A stretch of DNA of 64,000 nucleotides, taken from assembly GCA_963169855.1 (NCBI GenBank), contig CAUJCN010000002.1:581608-645607 (forward strand). Reading direction: 5' to 3'. Below the pieces are notes generated by a model. It had not been told where the DNA came from, did no database searches, and was given only the letters and a program-made list of their open reading frames with translations. Made by a program: the position numbers and the translations under genes. Below, piece by piece: positions 57,528 to 64,000 of the stretch (positions within the stretch are counted from its first letter, which is position 1; every line of letters starts with the position of its first letter). This DNA is from Patescibacteria group bacterium (GTDB lineage: Bacteria > Patescibacteriota > Dojkabacteria > J137).

Positions 57528-57788
57528 TTAGCGGTTCTTGCGGCCCTTGCCCTTCGCCGACTTGCGATGGGCGCGCCGTGCCGACTTCGCTTCTTCCTTC
57601 AGAGCGGTCGCCAGTTCGGGGTTCTTGCGGGCGATGCTCTTGAGCTGCTTGTCACGAACCGGCTTGCCGCTGGTGACGGCCTTCACGACGGCGTTCTCAC
57701 CCGTTTCGCGAATCTGCGCGACGTGACGGGGCTGATAGCGGACGATGAGCTTGCCTTTATTCTGAATCTTGCCATTCTTGTCGGTCAT
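57528..57788 (-). CDS. GC-rich small basic protein
   Basis: 86 aa, K/R-rich; ~62% GC; AGGAGA upstream. Confidence 0.65.
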   Translation of the reverse strand: MTDKNGKIQNKGKLIVRYQPRHVAQIRETGENAVVKAVTSGKPVRDKQLKSIARKNPELATALKEEAKSARRAHRKSAKGKGRKNR

Positions 57789-58197
57789 GATGTTCGTTGT
57801 GTCTCCTGTTTTCCGTCGAATTCAAAATCCAACTGCGGTTAGAGCCACTCTTTATACTGAGAGTCATTCCTTTCTTCTGGTTCGGCGATAGATTTTTTAG
57901 ATCTCCTTTGCTAGTGCGTTTAAGTCAATTTATTACTGATGCAATCTACAAGATTTCTGCAGAATGCACCCCATAAGAACACCTTAATGTGCTTATGGGA
58001 TACAATCCTACATACTATCTGTTGCTTCTATTTTTAAGGATCAACCCGCATTTGAACTAAATTAGCATCATCTGCAGATTACCGTTTTAAGGTAAGGAAT
58101 TATAACAAAAAATGGAAATGTTGCCAATAAGCGATGACGATTTACAGGTAATGTTTTGAGGTTAAATTTATATATTAAAAGTATATATCGGGGATCG

Positions 58198-58512
58198 TTA
58201 TTGCTCAGATGCAATTCCGAACTCTTTTTGAATATCTTGTTCTTGGAGGTTAGCAACTGTTTCGAATAGAGTTTGAAGTTCTTTCTTGGTGAGTCCTAAG
58301 GATAGGGCAGCTTGGAATTTCTCAGATTTAAAAACAGTTCTTGGTATAGCAATGTTTTCTCCGTTTACAAAAATTTGAGCAACATCAGGTCGGAGGTAAA
58401 GTTTAATACTTCTGTCGTCTGTAGTTTTGTATATATCTACAGCACCAAATTTACCGCGCACCATAATTGTTCCGTCCTTTAGGTCTGGAGTAATCATGAA
58501 TGGTGGTTGCAT
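58198..58512 (-). CDS. Hypothetical protein
   Basis: 104-aa ORF. Confidence 0.5.
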   Translation of the reverse strand: MQPPFMITPDLKDGTIMVRGKFGAVDIYKTTDDRSIKLYLRPDVAQIFVNGENIAIPRTVFKSEKFQAALSLGLTKKELQTLFETVANLQEQDIQKEFGIASEQ

Positions 58513-58595
58513 TTGTAAAACTTAACTATTAGGAGTTTAGCATTACAGATAGAAATTGAACAGACAAAGAATTAGTTAGGGGTATTGAAGATTAA

Positions 58596-58642
58596 TATCG
58601 GAGTGGCCTGTTTATGCTAGACTTCACCAGGCAGGCGGGACT
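58596..58642 (-). pseudogene. Duplicated 3' end of tRNA-Pro interrupted by hairpin
   Basis: TATCGGAGTGGC[29 nt]GGGACT vs 58742 TATCGGAGTGGCGGGACT. Confidence 0.6.
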
Positions 58643-58743
58643 TCCCCCTACGCTAAACTTCGTTGAGCTACGGAGGACAGGCTTTCTCGTCCAGTCTAAA
58701 GAAAAATAAATGATTAGAAAATATCAAATGTTGAAGTAATCTA

Positions 58744-58817
58744 TCGGAGTGGCGGGACTCGAACCCACAACCCCGCGCTCCCAAAGCGCGTATTCTAGCC
58801 AATTGAACTACACTCCG
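58744..58817 (-). tRNA. tRNA-Pro(TGG)
   Basis: Minus strand CGGAGTG acceptor; CGCGC-TTTGGGA-GCGCG; GGTTCGAGTCC; no encoded CCA. Confidence 0.94.
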
Positions 58818-58879
58818 ATAATGTGGCAGGTAGAGTATACCGCAAAACCTCGATATTTCCAATCGACGAGAACGATTTA

Positions 58880-59953
58880 TTACTCTAGTAAATCAAGGAT
58901 AAAAAGGATCATTTCTAGCTGACCTTCGCAAGTAGATTCTTCCGGAGTAGAAACTATCATTTCGGCAAGTTCTTCAACCTCCTTATGGATCATCGAAAAC
59001 GCAACATTTGATGTTGCAGGTTCAATAGTTATTGTTCGTACTTGCCCCCACATATTGTAATCTCGTTGGAAAAGCGCGTTGTTTGTAAATGTGTGAATAA
59101 CCTCCTTAGGATCAATGTTCTCATTTAGTTCATCTAAGAACTCAATGTCTAAGTCAGAAGGATTTTCTGACATAAGGCTGAGTGTAAAAGAGTCGAATTT
59201 TTCGGATTCGGCATCAGATACTTCAGTGAACTGACTCACAGATGCTTCTTCTATGAAAAGAACACCAGGGTCAAAATTTTTAATTTCTCTTGTTTTTACG
59301 GTAGTGATTGGAAGTACATTGCCATTCAAGTTGATGCCTCCAGGAAAAACATTTTGCCTATTATTCAGTTTCCCATGATTTATTGCATTTAATAACTCGA
59401 AAACTAATTGATCTTGGAACTCTGATAAAAGTTCTGAGAACCGTTGTGATGGAATTTCAACAATCTCAGATAAATTCTGGATGAATCTACATAAAGATCT
59501 TACTAATTTTGCACATGCTGCTTTGTATTCCATCGATTTATTGGAGTAAATTTGCGATTCTTTAGTTTCTTCTTCGTCAGATCTAACTTCTAGTTCATTT
59601 TCCATTCTAATATTCTCAATAGTAGTAGAAAGGATTTCTGAATATATTGGAACGCCTACAAGATCTTCTAGCTTGAGTTCAACATCTGAATCTGAAGTAG
59701 GTACTCTCAATTCAAAAATACTCGTATAAGTAGTGACTACAATACACCCGTTCAAGATGGATACAAAAGTTTTATCCATGCAAGCTTCATTTACTTCGTC
59801 ATCTTCGCCGTTGTTTCGTGGAGTAATGTCGTCTTCGATAATTAATTCCTTGCACCCAGAAAGTTCTTGAGCTAGACCTATCAGCGCAGTAAGTTTACTG
59901 AAGGGGGTGCTTCTTTCAAACTGTCCGTCGAATCTGTTGCTGTAATCTACCAT
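58880..59953 (-). CDS. Acidic hypothetical protein
   Basis: 357-aa E/D-rich ORF. Confidence 0.6.
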   Translation of the reverse strand: MVDYSNRFDGQFERSTPFSKLTALIGLAQELSGCKELIIEDDITPRNNGEDDEVNEACMDKTFVSILNGCIVVTTYTSIFELRVPTSDSDVELKLEDLVGVPIYSEILSTTIENIRMENELEVRSDEEETKESQIYSNKSMEYKAACAKLVRSLCRFIQNLSEIVEIPSQRFSELLSEFQDQLVFELLNAINHGKLNNRQNVFPGGINLNGNVLPITTVKTREIKNFDPGVLFIEEASVSQFTEVSDAESEKFDSFTLSLMSENPSDLDIEFLDELNENIDPKEVIHTFTNNALFQRDYNMWGQVRTITIEPATSNVAFSMIHKEVEELAEMIVSTPEESTCEGQLEMILFILDLLE

Positions 59954-60000
59954 CTTTTGTTATCTAAGTTTCGGGATTATACAATCCAAACCAGAAATAA

Positions 60001-60033
60001 AAAACCCACCTACGCTAAAAGCTTCGGTGGGTT
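60001..60033 (-). terminator. Terminator built on a CTACGCTAAAGCTTCGG-type hairpin
   Basis: AAACCCACC-TACGCTAAAAGCTTC-GGTGGGTTT; U-run on minus strand. Confidence 0.7.
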
Positions 60034-60053
60034 TAAATTCGGTTCAATAGAGA

Positions 60054-60428
60054 TTAAAGATCTGCGATCATTAATCCTTCAATCTTTCTGTAATCATCAG
60101 CTCTGTCGGTAAGAAGTTTGCATTCATTTGCAAAGCAAGAAGCTAATAATAGAGCAGAAGATAGGCTAATTCCATGCTGTCTAATTAATTCTCCAGCTTT
60201 TGCAGCCATGTCTTTAGAAACATCAGCCACTTTAAAGTATTTATTTGTAAAATCCATAACTTCGTTTCTTAGATTTGCATCTTCGAAAGTACTACTAGCT
60301 AGCAACTCAGAATATGTTGTTGCTGGAATCCACATCTCATACTTTTCGTATGCCATAGGTAAAACACCTTTTCCAGTCTTCAAATACTGTGTGATTACAT
60401 CTGTGTCTACTACAATTTTTTCTTTCAT
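60054..60428 (-). CDS. PIN-domain (VapC-like) protein
   Basis: VVDTDVI, ELL, LLTD..DY. Confidence 0.8.
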   Translation of the reverse strand: MKEKIVVDTDVITQYLKTGKGVLPMAYEKYEMWIPATTYSELLASSTFEDANLRNEVMDFTNKYFKVADVSKDMAAKAGELIRQHGISLSSALLLASCFANECKLLTDRADDYRKIEGLMIADL

Positions 60429-60444
60429 ATCACAAATTTAAAAT

Positions 60445-60795
60445 TTAATTTTCAATTAAAGGTTTAGTAGAGTTGTTAACGTGTTGGCTTTCTACTTTAT
60501 TATCTTTGTCCCAAACAACAAAATCAATTTCTGGACCTAATTTTGAGTTAGTCTCAGGTTTCGCAGCAGGAGCTTGTGGTTTAGCTTTAGTAGCTTTTTG
60601 AGAAGGAGCTTTAGTTTCCTTTTCTTCTAGCTCGATAAAGTCTGAAATTCCAGTTTTTTTTATAACGTATCTAATCTTATTATAAGAACTCAAGTAAATT
60701 TCTCCAAATTCGTCAACCAAAGCGAAAATGTCTCCAGTTTTATTTTTAACTTCAGTTAAAGAAGCTACAACTTTTCCGCTTTTATCTTTATACAT
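60445..60795 (-). CDS. Phd/YefM-like antitoxin
   Basis: ASLTEVKNKTGDIF..V...GEIYL...NK.RYVI; upstream of the PIN gene. Confidence 0.6.
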   Translation of the reverse strand: MYKDKSGKVVASLTEVKNKTGDIFALVDEFGEIYLSSYNKIRYVIKKTGISDFIELEEKETKAPSQKATKAKPQAPAAKPETNSKLGPEIDFVVWDKDNKVESQHVNNSTKPLIEN

Positions 60796-60815
60796 AAAAA
60801 ACTTTAACTGCAGTA

Positions 60816-60843
60816 ATTATAGCTAAATTGTATAATATGTCAA
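60816..60843 (-). promoter_or_regulatory. Sigma70 promoter for the Phd-PIN pair
   Basis: TTGACA-16nt-TATAAT on minus strand. Confidence 0.7.
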
Positions 60844-60886
60844 TTTTCTATTTGTCGTATTTCGATTAAAAAAGTATAATTCGAGT

Positions 60887-61183
60887 ATGTTTAATGTCGA
60901 CGATTTTGTAAAAATTGTGTTAACTGTCTCATGTGCGATTGCGTTAGTAGGCATAGCTATTGCAATTATGCGTTTGTTGAACAAGGTTACAGTAACTATA
61001 GAAGATGCAAGAAAACCTATTCAAAACATTGGCGAAGTGAGCGACATGGCTCTAAACGATTACAAAGAAGTTAGAGGTTTCGTTTCCGATAGTTTGGGAG
61101 TCTTCTCTTTTATTAGAGGATTAACGGGAGGAGGTAAAAAGAATCAAAAAGCAGAAATAGAAGAAGAGGAAGACCTTCAGTAA
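60887..61183 (+). CDS. Small single-TM protein (DUF948-like)
   Basis: N-terminal TM followed by amphipathic helix. Confidence 0.55.
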   Translation: MFNVDDFVKIVLTVSCAIALVGIAIAIMRLLNKVTVTIEDARKPIQNIGEVSDMALNDYKEVRGFVSDSLGVFSFIRGLTGGGKKNQKAEIEEEEDLQ

Positions 61184-61199
61184 ACTTTCATTATCCTGA

Positions 61200-61228
61200 T
61201 TGCATTACCAGATCCCATGTTGTATAAT
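61200..61228 (+). promoter_or_regulatory. rpsO promoter
   Basis: TTGCAT-17nt-TATAAT. Confidence 0.65.
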
Positions 61229-61250
61229 AGCTATGTATTAATTTATAGGT

Positions 61251-61541
61251 ATGTCTAGCAAAAAATCAAATTTTAATAGAGAGAAAACTGCAAAATCAGC
61301 TGTGATGAAGAAATTCGGAGAGCATGAGAAAGATACAGGATCTCCAATTGTTCAGATTGCTTTAATGACTGAAAGAATCAAATATCTTACAGATCATTTA
61401 AAGGGAAACAAAAAGGACAAGCACTCAAGAAGAGGACTTCTTAAGTTAGTAGGAGACAGAAGAAAGATGGTTAAATATCTACAGAGAACAGCAGAAGATC
61501 AAGACAAAGCAACTAAGCAGTTAAGAGAATTAGGATTATAA
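61251..61541 (+). CDS. rpsO: 30S ribosomal protein S15
   Basis: [27 protein letters not shown]. Confidence 0.97.
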   Translation: MSSKKSNFNREKTAKSAVMKKFGEHEKDTGSPIVQIALMTERIKYLTDHLKGNKKDKHSRRGLLKLVGDRRKMVKYLQRTAEDQDKATKQLRELGL

Positions 61542-61561
61542 TCCAATTCTAACTATCAAAT

Positions 61562-61598
61562 AAAACCTCCGTTCGCCATTGGCGAGCGGGGGTTTTTT
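61562..61598 (+). terminator. Rho-independent terminator
   Basis: AAAACCTCCGTTCGCCA-T-TGGCGAGCGGGGGTTTTTT. Confidence 0.85.
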
Positions 61599-61634
61599 GT
61601 TTCCCAAGTAGAAAACTTAATGTAATATAGAGTT

Positions 61635-62630
61635 ATGAACAATGCGATCAGTGCAAGAAGAGAGCGACCACAATTTAAAAAAAGAAGACCTCAGAGGTTT
61701 AAAATTCCTAGGATCAAACTACCTTCTTCAAGTGGTTTGTACATTAAAATCTTAGTCTTTGCTATCATTTTTGGAATAGGATTCTTTCTGTATCAAAGTG
61801 TAAAAATTCAGGGATATGTAGTTTACGGTAATAATAGAATCAACATTCCCAGCGAACTTGAGCAAATAAAGGGCGATAGTTTATTTTCAAATATCGAAGC
61901 AAGATTCTTTCAGATCTTAGATCAAGATAGCGATAAAGTTGAGAATGTAAATATTGTTAAAAAAATTGGCGGACAGGTAATAATAGAGCTTATAGAAAAA
62001 TCTCCAAGAATAGCATATCTGGGAATGGATGGGATCGAACTTCTCGATGAAAACGGAGTAAATGTTGGAAGCTTAAACAATCAGAAATTCATAGAATTAG
62101 CGAATTACAATTTCTTCAATAGTTCAATTCAAAATATTGATGACGATAGAGTAGTGAGAAGATATTTAGATGTAAATGCAGATGTAGAAGGAGCTAAGCT
62201 TTGGGCTGATTTAACTACAGAAGAAAGACAAGCTTTTATAACTCAGCAGAAGGATTATTACATAGGTTTGTGGAATAACTTCATCACGACCCAAAAGGAG
62301 TTTTTCAACACTTCAAACTACAGAGATTTGAATATCGTTGTTAACAGAGTTTTAAATTCTCAGAATACAATAAAGCTTGATGCTCAGCTGATTCAATACG
62401 TTATTAACCTAAAAACATTCTTATCAAGGTATAATATAGATGTTAGTGAAATCAGGTACAAAGATATACTTTCATTCAGCTTTCTTACAACAACTGGGAA
62501 AGAATTAATTTTCAGAAAGAACAAAGATTTTCAAATTTTAGAAGGCGAACTAGGAACTTTTTTGTCTAAAGTAGGGATCAATAATGGGTCAACTTTTGAT
62601 TTCAGGGGAGAAATAATTTCCGTAAAATAA
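61635..62630 (+). CDS. ftsQ: FtsQ/DivIB-like protein
   Basis: Basic N-tail, single TM, POTRA-like V.GN, C-terminal FDFR; directly upstream of ftsA. Confidence 0.7.
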   Translation: MNNAISARRERPQFKKRRPQRFKIPRIKLPSSSGLYIKILVFAIIFGIGFFLYQSVKIQGYVVYGNNRINIPSELEQIKGDSLFSNIEARFFQILDQDSDKVENVNIVKKIGGQVIIELIEKSPRIAYLGMDGIELLDENGVNVGSLNNQKFIELANYNFFNSSIQNIDDDRVVRRYLDVNADVEGAKLWADLTTEERQAFITQQKDYYIGLWNNFITTQKEFFNTSNYRDLNIVVNRVLNSQNTIKLDAQLIQYVINLKTFLSRYNIDVSEIRYKDILSFSFLTTTGKELIFRKNKDFQILEGELGTFLSKVGINNGSTFDFRGEIISVK

Positions 62631-62734
62631 TTAACATTGTCCCTGAGATGGCTTATAATGGCTACTAACTAGTAATTTTTCCACTATCATAATAAAATAG
62701 TATACAATTAAAATGTAAATCTTAAGAAAGAATT

Positions 62735-64000
62735 ATGGCGAATATAGTTACTGCAATTGATATCGGGTCGTTTAAGGTATGTGCAATCATAGCTGTTATT
62801 GACGATGAAGGTAAGGCAAAAGTTATCGGAGAAGCTTCGGTTCCTGCAAATGGAATTAAAAAAGGTGAAATTACAGGCATTGACGAAGCAACAAATTCAG
62901 TAGCAAATGTATTGAATGCTGCAGAAAGAATGGCAGGTTTAACTGTTTCTTCAGCCTACGTTACAATCAACGGAAAGCAAATCCTATCAAATAATAATAG
63001 AGGAGTCGTGGCAGTTTCTGATGAAGAAATTTCAGAAGACGACGTTTTTAGAGCTTTAGAACAAGCAAGAACAGTATCTATCCCTAATACGAGAGAAATC
63101 ATTCACTTAATTCCGAGGGAATTTGTTGTAGATCAGCAAACAGGAATCAAGGTTCCTATTGGAATGACAGGATCAAGATTAGAAGTAGACTCTCATATTA
63201 TTTCTGTTCCAGTTACATCAAAGCACAACTTAGAAAAGTGTATGCAGATGATCGGTTTAAAGATCGATGGAATCGTATATACAGGATGGGCAGCTTCTCA
63301 TTCAGTTCTGACACCTACAGAAAAAGAACTTGGAGTAATGCTTTTAGACTTTGGAGGTGGAACAGTTTCTATTACAACTTTTGTTGAAGACGAAGTCACC
63401 TATAGTACTTCAATTCCCTTTGGAGGTAATAATATTACAAGAGACTTGGCTGCAGGCTTAAGATTATCTTTAGAAGACGCTGAAAAAGTAAAGGTAAGCG
63501 CAAATGAGCTTTTCAAAAAAGCAGATTTTGTTCAATCAAAACAGAAAAAGAAACCTTCAGAAGATAAGAAGGTCGAAGCTGACGATGAAGAAAAAGCAGT
63601 TGATGGAGACGAGGAAGACAAGACAGATATTCTAGATGTTTCATCTTTAGAAATAGAAGGAATAAAAACAATTTCAAGAAAATTCTTTACAGACATTGTT
63701 AGAGCAAGAGCACAAGAAATCTTTGAATTAGTAATGCAAAATGTAGAAGCTTCGGGTCATGACTTTAAGCTTCCGGCAGGAATCGTTATAACAGGAGGTT
63801 CTGCTCAAATTCCAGGGATTACAGCAATTGCAAAAGATGTATTTGGTGCTCCAGCAAGAGTGGGGACTCCAAGAGGTCTAGACGGCCTAGTAGAAGGGCT
63901 TTCTACACCATCATTTGCTGCAGCTCAAGGTCTATTAATCTACGCTCAAGGTGACGAAGTTGCTAGAGGAGATTCTGGTAAAATGATGGGCGGAGCAAGA
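62735..64000 (+). CDS. ftsA: Cell division protein FtsA (3' truncated; absent from ORF track)
   Basis: MANIVTAIDIGSFKV, PIGMTGSRLEV, EKELGV.LLDFGGG, IVITGG. Confidence 0.95.
   Translation, partial: MANIVTAIDIGSFKVCAIIAVIDDEGKAKVIGEASVPANGIKKGEITGIDEATNSVANVLNAAERMAGLTVSSAYVTINGKQILSNNNRGVVAVSDEEISEDDVFRALEQARTVSIPNTREIIHLIPREFVVDQQTGIKVPIGMTGSRLEVDSHIISVPVTSKHNLEKCMQMIGLKIDGIVYTGWAASHSVLTPTEKELGVMLLDFGGGTVSITTFVEDEVTYSTSIPFGGNNITRDLAAGLRLSLEDAEKVKVSANELFKKADFVQSKQKKKPSEDKKVEADDEEKAVDGDEEDKTDILDVSSLEIEGIKTISRKFFTDIVRARAQEIFELVMQNVEASGHDFKLPAGIVITGGSAQIPGITAIAKDVFGAPARVGTPRGLDGLVEGLSTPSFAAAQGLLIYAQGDEVARGDSGKMMGGAR

Noticed and set aside
1238-60441. Numerous antisense or alternate-frame ORFs in the track (e.g. 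20321-20761, 39623-40135, 54789-55319)
   Set aside because: Shadow ORFs of well-supported genes, with no motifs
60818-60845. dif-like look (TGTATA core followed by ATATGTCAATT)
   Set aside because: The left arm does not match XerC sites, and it is fully explained by a TTGACA-16-TATAAT promoter on the minus strand
1-64000. CRISPR array, prophage, DGR/retron, classical IS
   Set aside because: No regularly spaced repeats, phage structural genes, reverse transcriptase, TR/VR pair or transposase seen; the bAvd-like gene alone does not make a DGR

Overview
AT-rich (roughly one-third GC by eye) bacterial chromosome segment using genetic code 11. Gene content and style suggest a Patescibacteria/CPR genome, possibly Dojkabacteria-like (inference only). 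It runs from the 3' part of dnaN to the 5' part of ftsA. It carries housekeeping genes (holA, sodA, ddl, murF-like, tsaD, ftsK, dnaJ, adk, argS, pcrA, trmD, rpsO, ftsQ), three tRNAs (Ser-CGA, Arg-GCG, Pro-TGG) and many orphan ORFs. A ~5 kb integrase-less copper-resistance islet is bounded by 78-bp direct repeats at tRNA-Ser. No CRISPR array, prophage or classical transposase was seen. The most interesting signals are non-coding. (1) A GIY-YIG nuclease gene is bracketed by TGACA-tagged palindromic ends; a gene-less copy of the same two ends lies 17 kb away, and related hairpins are inserted in-frame in tsaD. (2) A frameshifted four-helix-bundle gene is bracketed by inverted 7-nt-period arrays that recur across the window. 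(3) Duplicated tRNA halves are interrupted by hairpin inserts. (4) Two GC-rich structured islets are present, one encoding a small basic protein. (5) Leaderless promoter architecture is pervasive. (6) A coupled operon contains apparently degenerate metabolic enzymes plus a rhomboid protease. All product calls are motif-based by eye, with no database searches.
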